Shown here: positions 48,994-60,652 of the stretch, piece after piece
Layout of the letters: every line of letters starts with the position of its first letter
How positions within the stretch are numbered: position 1 is the first letter of the stretch
NCBI GenBank assembly: GCA_025594325.1
Contig: JANHCV010000008.1
Coordinates: 496,001-560,000 of the forward strand
Direction of reading: 5' to 3'
Origin: Blastocladiella emersonii ATCC 22665
Lineage: Eukaryota > Fungi > Blastocladiomycota
Length of the DNA: 64,000 bases
The notes under the pieces: model-generated
Database searches by the model: none
The model's input: the letters and a program-made list of their open reading frames with translations, nothing else
Told to the model about the DNA's origin: nothing
Program-made: the position numbers and the translations under genes

Positions 48994-50455
48994 ATGAATC
49001 CAATGGAAAATCAACTACCTGCATTGCCGTTTGCAATCCTCGAAGCTATCCTGTGTGCGGCTGTTGCGCTCCATGGTCCGAGCGAGCTAGACGGACTCCC
49101 CAAGTTCGGGCGCGTCATGCCGCGAGCGTGTGCCCCCAAGGTTCACCTCGCAATCCGTCGGCAGCTACTCTTGCGCATTTCCGTGGACGAAGCTACTTCT
49201 CAGGGCCGCGTCGACGTGCTTGAAGCATGGCGGCAGTCGGGCTTCCCGCTCAGCTACTCTCGAAAGACTTTTGATGACGTGGGTTCGTTCGAGGCTCTTG
49301 ATTGGTGGTATCGCTCGGATCTTCCAATGCCAGAGGATGCGAACCGTTATCCGGTCAAAGTCGCCGTTTACTTCACGGGCCTGGTTAACACGACGAGTGC
49401 ATTGGTGCGCTGTTGCGATTTAGTTTCGATCTGAACCGGGACTCACTATTGCGACTCCACAGGAACTCACCCGCGAGGGCGAGGAGGTCGGCGATGATGT
49501 CGCGAAAAAGGTTGCAGCCGAGCTTTCTTCAATGCGGCAAAACTCGTGCGTGCTCAACCGATTTCGGATAACCGATACCGGTGCAGCCGCGATTTCCAAA
49601 GCCCTGGCAGTCAATCACACGATCAAACTCGTTGAAATCGCCTATTGCTCGCTGACTTATCCGCTGCTGTCCTTGCTACGCCTCCCCGTCACCATCACGC
49701 GCCTCATCCTGAGGGGAAACTGGGTGTTCACGGGCGCAGGAAGCTCTCGCTTGACGAGCGCGTCCGCGCTCCCATCCAATCTCGAACGGCTTACTATTTT
49801 GGGGGACAGTTATGTGAGCGACTCAGACGCCGAGTCGTTCTTCCGCCAGCTCCCACCGTCACTCAAGGTGCTCAAGTTGTCCGCCAATCGCTTTGATCGC
49901 GACTTCGACTTCTCATGCAGCCTTGGACAACACTTCCCGCCCGGTCTGCGCATGCTTGACTTGTGCCGGTCCTCGCTCCATTCTTGCGATTTGACTGGGC
50001 TTTTTAGTTCCCTACCAGCAAGGCTCGCCCACCTCAGACTCGCTGAGAACAAGCTTGACTATTCTGGCGCCAAGTGTCTCGCGCGGCATCTCCCGCCTGG
50101 ACTTGTTAAACTCGACATCAGCCGAAACGGGATTGGCGACGCTGGTGTCGCTGCCCTTGCGCCGCGTCTCCCAGGGACCTTACAAGGACTCGATGTTGGC
50201 TATGTGGACTTGACCGACCTTGGCGTCGATGTGCTGATCTCACACGCTCCTTGCAATCTCACCTGGCTGGTCTTGGACGGGGCCGAGCTCACGATCGAGT
50301 CCGTCGGGGTAATTCTTGGACAACTTCCTCCACGACTAGAACGTCTATCAATGACCCACTTGTTCGGCGAGGCAGCTGACCCCAGCTTTATTCAGGAATG
50401 TCGTCTGCGGGTGCCTGAAGGCATTGACTATCAAATCTCCTCAAGTGATACGTGA
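48994..50455 (+). CDS. RNI-like leucine-rich-repeat gene 2
   Basis: N-terminal SQGRVDVLEAWRQSG..LDWW motif, then LP..L..LDLS.N repeats. The frame change near 49420 is either a 58-64 nt intron ending GATTTAG or a frameshift. Confidence 0.65.
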
Positions 50456-50859
50456 GCTATCGGTAGAATCATGCGAGCAAAATATATCTGCGGGGCTCCA
50501 CCCATGACTTGCATTCCGTCGACTGAGGGATAAATGCGTCAATCCTTTGGTCCGGTTAGCGAGCGAGCAGTCTACGTAACCGGTCGATCCTCCAACTCGA
50601 AAACGTATGACTGTTAAGAACGAAACAAGCTGCAAACCTGCTCGCCGCCGAGCACGTTGGCCCGAACTTGGCTCGGGAGAATTCCTGACTGAGTGATGTG
50701 CGTATCATTTCCCAAACTAGCCCCGAAGAGATCGGCAATACTGGGACTCATATGTTTGGCAAGGAAACACACCAACTCGCGGCGCATTCCGAACTCAGGA
50801 CAAGCAGCGGTTTTCTAGCCAAAGTGCAAGAATAAAGTGTATCAAATCGTTCGGCCAGT

Positions 50860-53800
50860 CTACTCCTTTGCCTTGCAGTTGTCAAAGTAGGTCGGGAACA
50901 GCGACAGCAGCAGAGCGTGCTTGAGCTCGCCCTTGAGACTCTCGAACGCCGTCGCCGTGGCCGGCGCGACCTTGGCCATGCCTGACTTGGTCTGCGGGAA
51001 CTGGTTGATGTCAGGCAGCGAGCGATCGACCATGGCAGTGTGGCAGTACTCGAGATACTCGGCCACGGCGTCGCTGTACCCGCCGGGCCAGTTGATGGCC
51101 GAGAAGGTCTGCTCGCACGCGCGGCTGTAGGCGTTCTCTGTCTTCTCGATCAGCTTGCGCAGCTTCTGCCCCGCCGCGCGAGCCGCGGGCGACGCGGCCT
51201 TGGTCGAGAGCGGCGGCACGTACACATAGCTGACGTCGAGCACGGGCGTGATACCGATCCCCTTGCCCTGCGGCGGGAGCACGGCGGGCCGGTGCACGAA
51301 GAGGACGGCGACGAGGCCGCGCGGCCCGCTGCTCTGGATCTTGACCACGAACGCGCCGGATCTGCTCGTCGTGCACTCGAAGAGCTTCGTAATCACGTCC
51401 TTGAGCAGCCGCGCGTGCCACTCGCCGGCGCGGCCCGGCAAAGGCGCAGTCAGCGCCTTGGTGGGGCGAGACGCTTCGCTTGGCCATTCATCGCTCGTGT
51501 ACATTTTGTTGAGCGCGGCGCGATAGACGGTCTCCATGAACGCGGAAACAGGCGGGCCGCACTCGGGGACGGGCAGCGGCGCATGGCGCGGGATCGGCGG
51601 ACCGAGGCCAAGTGCAGGGACGACGGAGTGCGAGACCTTCTGAACCGTGACGGTCACGCACCGCGACTTGACGTCGACTTTGACGTCCGTCGCGATGCCC
51701 GGGTACGGCAGCTGGTATGTGTGCACGTTTCCGTTGATGAGTAGCGCCACAGTGCCGCGGTACTGCCCAAGATCGCGCTCAGGAACAAGTTTGACGGAAA
51801 GCTTGCTGCGGAAGCGAGAGAGCTCGAGGGCGAGTTTGAGACGAGAATCATCAAGGTCGACGACCTCGCCGACGATAGAGAGGCGCGTCGGTAGTGAGCG
51901 CGAGGCAGTTTTGACCCGATTCGCCGCGTCAGTAGCGGACGCAGCGGAAGCCATGATTCCGCGAACCGCGCCCTGAACAAGCTTGACGGGGACGCGGATC
52001 ACGATGGCCACCTTCATGTTGTAAGCGATGATTGGGAGATGGGCGTGATGGCCAACGATAGCGTTCACCTCGTTTGCGATACAAACCCACTTGGCTGCGA
52101 CGTCAAAAACGTCGGACAGGTCGAGTGCAGGTCGCGCCCAAAGAGAGAAGCGGGGTTTGGTCGTCGGCGAAGGCTCGGCGTCACACGCCTCCATGTACCA
52201 AAGTACTCTGATTGTCCCACAAACCTCGTCGTAAGCGTGGCAAATCGCTTGGTGCCACTTTGGCTTGAGGCCCTCGCCTTGGCTCACGACGCAGATCACA
52301 GACGTCGGGTGCGAGTTGGGAAGCAGCACGAAATTAGCGTGGGCCTGACAAACTTTCGGGAGTTCCTTGATATCTGCGGCATTCGATTCCGAGACACTGG
52401 AAGCGAAGCTGAATCCATGAGCCCGCGCAAGGAAGCCACACTCGGGGTTCAACTCGTCAAGGAAACCCAAGTCGACCAGGTCCTGCTTACGGACATGGGT
52501 GAGGTTGTCACACGGCCACGGAAGCTGGGTGTAAGGCTCAACACCGGAGAAGACGAGTCTTCGTGCCGCAAAAGCATATGCAAGAAGTTTGGCGGGAAAC
52601 GCCCAAGTCGTGAACGATCCACCTAAATTGTTGCACGAGTTAGTATGCGCCAGACAGAGTGGGTAATGAAGATGGCGAACCTTGAGCAAAGGAGGTGCGA
52701 TCATCCATGCGGTTCAGCTTCGAGGTGAAGCGAACAATCTGAGACCAGTGATGGTTGGATTCGGCTGCAAGGAGAGCAATTGGCGCGTTGGGGACATTCA
52801 CCTTGAAAAAGGTGCTTCGACGATACAGCAACAGCGAAGCTAGCTCGACGATGTCGAACGAGAACGGCCGGACGTGGGCAGCCCAATGGTCCAAGGTGCG
52901 GGGAGCTTGCTCCCATAGCGTGACGCCGAAAAGAACGGGCAAGAGTGATGCAGGGAGGCTGTACCGAGCCTCGAGTGATTCCTCCATGGATGCCGGCGCC
53001 GTGTTACGCGATTTCGTGGCGCAGAGCTGCAAAAACGACCGGTCGCCCGCCGTCGGGTCGTTGTAATTGAGAAGCACGGACCCGTGAAGGAGCAGGTTCA
53101 GGTCACCGCAGCGGTCGGCGAGCGTGGAAGTGTCGACCACGTCGAATCGCTGCTCTGGATCCGCGGCGAGCTGCTCCATAACCGAAACCGCGTCGCCGAG
53201 AGCAAAAGTGAGCCGATGAGGAGATCCAGAACCAGCCGCGAACGCATCCGCCAGAGCTCCGAGCCAGGCGCTCAGCTGTCGAATCATCGACTTCTCGATC
53301 CGCTCGCGCGACACGTCGACAAAAAATCCCCGTGACTGCGTCGCAATAATCTTGGCCTCTCTCGACTTGGCACCGAAAAAGGTCGGGTTGGGGAAGCGTC
53401 CCGAGTCCTTGACCAGAAAGAACGAGTTGGCATGGACAAGACGCTCGACCTCGCACCGTGTGCGCGCCTCGTCGACCTGGCCGATATCGCGTTGACAGTC
53501 AAAGAACACGGAGCAGGTGGCGCGAAATGCCAAGACGTCTTTCAGCCGCCAGCGGCTGTGCTCGCAGTCTCCGCTCGTGCACCCAGTATGTGCTTCTTCG
53601 AAGCAGGTAATTCGACGGTGTTGAGGCGCAAGCGTGTCAAGCAGAGCGGTTCGTGTCTCGCCTCGCTCGTGCGAGGTGCAAGAACTGTCGAATTGACTAA
53701 TCCAGCGACTCAGGCAACTGCGGATCGATTGCTGGGCAGTATCGTCAGCGATGCGTACGGGTGATGACGACGTAAGCCAGTCAGTCGTGAGGCAGTTGAG

Positions 53801-54205
53801 CATTTGATAGCCCCAGAACATGGCTGCAGGTCGATCGAGGTGCTCGGAGAACCAGAGCTGTCCAATGTGGCGGTCTAGAGTGGCGGGATCCAGCTTCGAA
53901 TGTGCGAGTACGTGTAAAATGAGGAGAGAACGAGCAATCTGCTCCGGGCGCAGGGCGTTGAGCGTGAAGGACATGGCGGCGCGCGAGCCCTTGCGCTTTG
54001 CCTCAGCGAGCGTGTGCGCGACCGAGCGCAAGTCATGGAATCCGCATAGCAGCGCGCTCAGCTTGCGCTCGGGGATGCTGGCATCGTGATAGAGAAAGAC
54101 GTCGGCGGCGCAAGAGTCGCGGAACGGGTCGAAGTGGTCAGCCGGGTCGGCGAGTAGGACCGACGCGCTCGTCTGCGTTGGGACGAATTCAGGCGCTGAT
54201 CCCAT
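50860..54205 (-). CDS. DUF4470-domain gene B (intact, two exons, ~1095 aa)
   Basis: Exons 54205-52681 and 52622-50860. Intron 52623-52680 (GTTCGC..TACTAAC..TTAG) is at the same position as in gene A, and the spliced frame is open (FAQG|GSF). Confidence 0.8.
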
Positions 54206-54550
54206 TGCAAGATGTTATTTCATCAGCTAATCATGCAAGTGCGAGGAACAGGATGGCTTGAGGCGGGACGACGGCGTGAGAAGTGGGTGCGACGCGTCGC
54301 GTTCCGTGCTCAACGCCCTCACGTGCTTTTTACGCGTTCCGCAAACCTCTCTCCCCTCCGCTCGCCTGAGCCGAGCTTGGACTCCGTAACTGATTCAACT
54401 CTTGCCATTAACGCTCAAATGTGTGGAAGGCAAAGGCGCCCAAGTAAATCTGCGCTGTTCGGGTAAACTGACGCGAGAACGACGCGTCGCGCCACTTCAC
54501 GCCAGGAGTTCGGTTCACACGCGTCGTCGTCTCTCTCATACATCGCAACC

Positions 54551-56318
54551 ATGGAAGAAAAGAATGAATTATACGCTGTATCACTTGCTCCGGGCAGCTT
54601 GATGAGATTCCCAGGCCGGTTGACGACATGTGCGACGAGTCGGCATTGCTCGTCCGCGCGTGCGAATCGCACTTGAAGCGCATTGCACTCGGTCTTTCTG
54701 CTCGACTGCACAGTCTTCCCATGCGATGGGACTCGACACTAGAACTCCCAAACCGAGTTTTTGCGCGTCAGACCGCGGCGCTCAATCGCTCTCGAACCCC
54801 AAATCGGTCCTCGTCTGTCTCCCGATCCAGGTCTACGTCTCGATCGCGTTCTCGCAGCTCAAGTCGATCTTGTTCACGTTCTCGCAGCTCAAGTCGATCC
54901 CGTTTACGTTCGCGAGCGCACACACGATCCAGTTCTCCGCCTGCCCGCTCCGACTCCGCCTCACCTTATCGAGGCCGCTCTCGCCCCAGATTTCATTTTT
55001 CATACGGCTGGAGATGCAGGTCTCGCTCTCACTCATGGTCTCGTTCGCGTTCACGCTCTCGCTCTCGCTCGTGGCCCAGGAAAGCGCCACGGAGGTGCTC
55101 GCCGCGTCCACCTGCCGCTTCCGGTCGGCGACGCAAACGAGGTGGACGCAAACGAGGCCCACGGAAACAGCAGACACGCGCATACGGCAACAAAGCACGT
55201 ATGCCCTCCCCGCCTCGAACCGCTCCGGCAAGCTCGCTCACTGACGGGTCTTCTTCCACGGGCCCAGTTTCACTTGAGCAGTTGCGTGACATTATCCAAA
55301 GATTCTCACACTTGATCGAGGTGTTGGACTTGGAAACCGCGGCGGGCGTCGAGCAATTTCGGTGCATCATTGACTCCGTTCTCCAGGCAGCGGGGCCGGG
55401 CAACCTCGCGCGGGCTGCTTTCGCTTGCCGCGCGCACATGCAGCGTCGCCTATATCACGCACTTGCCATCGTCCTTCACGACGAAATGCCTGACGAGGTC
55501 GCGTGGGACGCCATTTCCGAGGCACTCGACCCCGCACGCCGCTCCGCAAAAATCAAGCAGTGGATTGGGCTCGCTCGGCGCAAAGACGAGTCGGTGGAAT
55601 ATTTCGCGCGCCGCTTTGAGTGCTGCCTAAACGACGTTTCTTCTTCGAATGGCTGTGCAACTCGGCTTCCGTTGCGCGTCACCTTCATCGAGAAAGCGCT
55701 TGCCGATATGAATGTTCCCGATCAATCACTGGACTGCCTTCGCGACCTCGCGTCGAGGCGAGCCTTGCTCAAGGACCTGGTTTTGCTTGTCCAGGTCACC
55801 GAAGTCGAACATTCGAAGTTCGCCCGCCGCCGTCGCCGTCCAGTCACTTCACTCGACCCTGCTCCTAAGGTGCCGCGTCCTCCGATGCCTTCTTTAAACG
55901 CGCCTCAACCCCTCTTTCGCCGCGTCCAATCCGCCCCACAGCTGCTACTAGAGCAACCCGTGCCTCACGCCGACAAGTCACATTGCCCATTCTGCGCCCG
56001 GCTCGCAGGCGGCCGCGACGCTGCCTTGGTCGTACATGATATTTCCGAGTGTGTCCATGCGCAAAACACGAACGCAATCGTGCTTGCCATACAAACTACG
56101 GTCTCCGCGACGCGCAGATTAGCTGCCCACCCGATGATGCACGTCCGTCTCGAGTCGACGAGCTGATAGTGCGGGTCAATATGTTGACGGACCGCCTCAG
56201 AACTTTGGCACGCGGCAGGCTTCTCGTCGTGCGCGCAGTCAAGTACCTCGAGGCGTCGCTTACGCTCGAACCCCAAGCGCTCCTGGCGATCTGGAACGCA
56301 ATTTGTAGGCCGCGGTGA
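54551..56318 (+). pseudogene. RS/Gag-like family copy 11 (frameshifts in leader and tail)
   Basis: Leader ATG 54551 is out of frame with ORF 54628..56166. A second frameshift at ~56090 puts the tail in ORF 56049..56318. The core and knuckle are intact. Confidence 0.75.
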
Positions 56319-56522
56319 TTAACTGCAATAAGTAAACAACAGATCTTTGCGAATGTCACGGAGCACTATGCGAGCGGAAGGCGGGCGATGTGAGAGCGAG
56401 GGTAACGGGAAGCGCGTTGCGCCACATCTGCGCTTGGCAGGTCCGTCGCGTGACTGTGGCGCCTCAAGCCCGCCTCCAAGGAGCGCTCGAGACAGCAGCT
56501 CTCCCCATGAAACACTCAAACC

Positions 56523-58061
56523 ATGAATAAAACGAATGAATTGCGCTCACCACTTGCTGCATTAAGCCCGGCGGTCCCAAACGAGTGTCCGGCCACTTCT
56601 AGCGACCCCAGCGGCCAGTCGGCCTTTCTGCTGGACTTGTGCAACGCGCGCCTGGCACACGTTCGACTGGGCCTTTCCCACAAGCTCGGAGCGGAGACGT
56701 GGTTTGGTTCAAGGGCATGGAGCACTTCTGCTGCTCCGGTTGTTGATTTGGAGCGGCGGCCTCAAACGCTCGAGGCCACGGCGCAGTTCTCTGAATCGAC
56801 TCTATCCGGAGCAAGCGACAACATCAACGGAACACCATTTTCATCTTCGCTTTGCGCGTTTGAAACGGTCTTGATCTCGGGCGAAACCCGTACGGGTCGT
56901 CTAAACCGCGCGGATTCACTGTCACGCTCCCGCTCGCGCTCGCATTCGCGGTCTCGCTCTGTGTCACAACAACACCCGAGTGTGATGTACAAGCGGATCT
57001 CGAGCGGCGTTTCGTCCAGACAGCGCACATTCCTCAGCGGAATTGTCAAGCGCTCGGCCGATTGTATAGCAAACGTGGATTTGGAGACGATGGTTGGCTT
57101 GCAGCGACTGCGCGTCTTTCTTGACAATATTTCAGTGCGCGCCGGTCCAGGAAACATTGCTTGCGCCGCCCTCCTCTGCCGTCGCGTCATGGCGCCGCGC
57201 GTTAACCATGCTCTCGCCTTGGTCCTCGAAGACGAAATGTCTGACGACACCGCTTGGAAAGCAATTACAGAGACACTCGACCCTGCTCAACGCACCGAAC
57301 GATTCACCGAGTGGCTCGACCTCGCGCGCGGTCGCGGCGAGTCGATACAAGAGTTTAAGCGCCGCTTCGCCTCGTGTCTCGAACGCGTCGCGCCCTTGCG
57401 ATACTTTTCCGATCGGCTTGCGGTCCGTCTTGCGTTTGTTGACAAAGCCATCGTTGGCACCTTGAGCGAGGATGTGCTCAACCGATTACGCGCCAAGGCA
57501 CTGTCGCGGATGTCGTTGGGCGAGTTTGCTGAGCTTGTCCAGCATGCCGAGACCGAAGAGAATCGGTACCAGCAACAACACGGGCGGGTGGTTCGCAATG
57601 CGCTGGCGACTTGTCCACCTTCCCCTGCTCCATCGGCACCAGCTTCAGTGTTACCACCAGTTTTAGCGTTACCACCAGCACGGCAGCAATTCCAGGACCA
57701 TGACCCAGTGTGTGCCTTTTGTCGCCACATTACTCCATTCGTAGCGAAGCGACTCGCTCCACACGAGCTCTCTGAATGCAAACGGGTCCGAGACACGCGG
57801 CCAATCGTTGCGGCCGTCAACCAGGGGCTCCGAGTTGCCCGAATCCGGTTCACGTCAGCCGATGCCAATCCCGCTTCAGATCGGGACCTCGAGGCCCGCG
57901 TGCGGTCGCTGCTCGAGCGGTTTCGCGCCATCGAGCATGACAATTCCGCGTATCCGCCGGCCGCCAAGTACCTCGACGCGTGCCTCGAGCTCAATCGCGG
58001 CGAGCTGCGGAAGATCTGGAGTCTGATATGTGATTCGGTCAATCCTAAGAAAAGGAGCTAG
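56523..58061 (+). CDS. RS/Gag-like family copy 12 (intact, 512 aa)
   Basis: Uninterrupted ORF with a short RS tract, the core EWLDLARGRGESIQEFKRRF, and CAFC-x13-H-x4-C. Confidence 0.85.
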   Translation: MNKTNELRSPLAALSPAVPNECPATSSDPSGQSAFLLDLCNARLAHVRLGLSHKLGAETWFGSRAWSTSAAPVVDLERRPQTLEATAQFSESTLSGASDNINGTPFSSSLCAFETVLISGETRTGRLNRADSLSRSRSRSHSRSRSVSQQHPSVMYKRISSGVSSRQRTFLSGIVKRSADCIANVDLETMVGLQRLRVFLDNISVRAGPGNIACAALLCRRVMAPRVNHALALVLEDEMSDDTAWKAITETLDPAQRTERFTEWLDLARGRGESIQEFKRRFASCLERVAPLRYFSDRLAVRLAFVDKAIVGTLSEDVLNRLRAKALSRMSLGEFAELVQHAETEENRYQQQHGRVVRNALATCPPSPAPSAPASVLPPVLALPPARQQFQDHDPVCAFCRHITPFVAKRLAPHELSECKRVRDTRPIVAAVNQGLRVARIRFTSADANPASDRDLEARVRSLLERFRAIEHDNSAYPPAAKYLDACLELNRGELRKIWSLICDSVNPKKRS

Positions 58062-58119
58062 CTTGCGTTGATCCGCTGAGTCTTCTTCACCTTGTGTTTG
58101 CGAACTCTTGAGTGTTTGC

Positions 58120-58571
58120 CCGCATGCTGAGCGGATCGCAGAAGGCAGACGCGTAACCTCGCGCGCATCGCGCTTGCGGCTCGCGAGTACATGCTCCCTC
58201 GCGTCTACCATGTGCTTGCCCTTGTCATACACGAAGAGATGTCCGACCGCGCCGCGTGGGATATCGTTGCCCAAGTACTCAACCCGTCGCGCCGCAACGC
58301 CAATATCACAGAGTGGATCCAGCTGGTCCATCAGTCGGGCGAGTCAGTCGAGGATTTCGCATACCGATTTTCGCTGTGCCTACACCGCATGGCTTCCTTA
58401 CAACACTTTGCGACCCGGCTCCCGCTGCGCATCGCGTTCGTCGAAAAGGCGCTCGCCGGTAGCGCTCGTGTCTGGGCGCTCGCCCAGCTCCAAATACGTG
58501 AAGGGAAGTGTGCCTCCCTCGTTGATGTGACCGCGCTTGTTCAAGAGGCCGATTCTGAGGACCGGAGGTAG
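58120..58571 (+). pseudogene. RS/Gag-like family copy 13: capsid-like core only
   Basis: ORF 58191..58571 (MLPRVYHVLALVIHEEMSDRAAW..EWIQLVHQSGESVEDFAYRF..LRIAFVEKAL) has no N-terminal helix, RS tract, knuckle or tail. Confidence 0.75.
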
Positions 58572-58920
58572 CTCGAGACTGCGCCCTCTCTTTCTGCGGC
58601 CCCGCCAGAGCTACCCTCCGTGTCCTATCTCTCGTCTCGCAATGGATCTTCTCCGCGCAACGCTGGTCCTTGAGGCGTGCCTCAATCTTTGTTGTTATGC
58701 ACTCTGAACAGTTTTAGCTTTGTACTAAGACACGTCAGGTGAAATACATTTGTCACCAACCCCAGGCTATATATTCTAGGAGCCGCGTTGTTGAACATTT
58801 TAGCCCGCGTGCTGGCTCGGTTTTGCAGGCATCAAGACGTGGCGGGTGACGCGTCGGTTTTGAGGTGAACGTTGCGACGACGCAGTGCCGCGGTTCAATC
58901 TCCGCTCTCCACGAACTTCC

Positions 58921-60494
58921 ATGAACGACTCGCATGAAAATCTATCGCCACTTGCTGCATTGTGTTTCGTGAAGCAGATGGATCACTTTGACGCGTCATC
59001 GAAGCAAACGGCCGCACCGCTGCAATCCTGCTTGAGCAGTGTAACGCGCGACTCCGACACATCGCGCAGGGCATCTCGCACCGCCTGTCTGGATCGACAA
59101 CTATAGCTTTTTCAGCGCACTTGTCTGCTGTCGGTCCCACTTGCGATTCGAGAAACCCGTCGGTGCTGACTGAGTGGGATTGGATTGCAGCCGGACCAGC
59201 GTTTTGGGCCCGCTCCCGCTCACATTCTCGTTCCCGCGCACCGTCTCGGGATCGCGATCGCCCTGGTTCCCGCAAGCGTTCTCGATCGCCGCGACGGTGC
59301 AATGAAAGATCGCGCTCGCGTTCTCGTGCGCAATACGGATCTCGATCTCGGTCTCGCTCGCGCTCCCAATCGCGTCCTCGTACCGTGCCCCGAAACCACT
59401 CTCCATCACATAACAAAGGGCGCAATCGTGATCGTGACCGCCAGTGCGCAAAAAGTGACAAGACAGCGTTCCAGAAGCTCAAAGTCGTTGTGCTCAACGC
59501 CGCCCAGTCCATTGCGGGCGTAGACGTGGAGACACCGGAGGGACAGGCGAAGATGAGTAATTTTTTGAACCTACTTTCGAGCCGAGTTGGACAAGGAAAG
59601 CTTGCACGCGCCCTTCTCATTTGCCGACGTTCGCTACAGCCGCGCGTTTTTCATGCATTCGCCCTGGTCATCGACATCGAAATGACGGATCAGGCGACGC
59701 GAAAGGTCGTTTTCGAAGTGCTCCACCCCGCGCGCCGATCCCAAGGGTTGTCAGAGTGGATGGATCTTGCTCGGCGCGACGGCGAATCGGTTCGAGAATT
59801 CAGCAAACGCTTCGAACAGGTGCTCGACCGCATCGCTTCAACCAAACTAATTCCCGAACGGCTTGCCATGCGACTCGCGTTCATAGAAAAGGCTCTCACT
59901 GGCTTCGCGAATGAGGCGACAATTATGCAGGCCCGTAACGCTGCTGCGGTCCATCTTCCACTCAGCGTCCTCGCTCGCGTGGTTGAGCAGGCCGAACGCA
60001 TGCCGGAGCAACAAAAGCCGCACGAGACAATTATGTTTCGGTCGTCCACCTCTAAGATGATTGTGCATTCTCGACCACACTCGCGTGGTCCTGCTCCGCA
60101 GCGCCTTTCCGCCCCGGAGCAGCGGGCATCTCGACGTGAACCCAGCCCTCTCGACTCGCAATGTGCCTTTTGCAGCTGCCTCGCGCCATTCCATTACAAG
60201 GCCACGAACCCGCACAAGTTTTCAGACTGCGGACGAGCGCGTGACTCCCATACCACGGTTCAGGACATCAACCACGGGCTCCGCGTCGCACGGATAAAGC
60301 TCGGCTGTGGGGACCGGCGCCTCGTTGACACAAACGAGGTTGCGGGCCGCGTTCGGTCGCTCATTGGTGAGCTTCGAGCTCTCGTACAGCCGCATCAAGC
60401 GTCACTGCTCGCGATTGGCTATCTCGAGGCGATCCTGGTTCTCAATCCCGAGAAGCTGCAGCGGATTTGGATGTTGGTTTGTAACTCGTTTTAA
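58921..60494 (+). pseudogene. RS/Gag-like family copy 14 (one early frameshift)
   Basis: The leader frame breaks at ~59015. The rest (LLEQCNARLRHIAQGISHRL through to the stop at 60494) is a single open frame. Confidence 0.7.
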
Positions 60495-60652
60495 TTCCAC
60501 TTTAACCTTGATCTTGTGAAAGCGGATTTCTTCATACATATGGAGCAATGGAGTGACGATCCTGTAAGTGACATGAGGCGGAGAGAGCAGGGCGACCAAA
60601 TGATCGACGCGGTGAGCAGCATTTGACACGCGTCCTCCCACGCCTCGAAACC

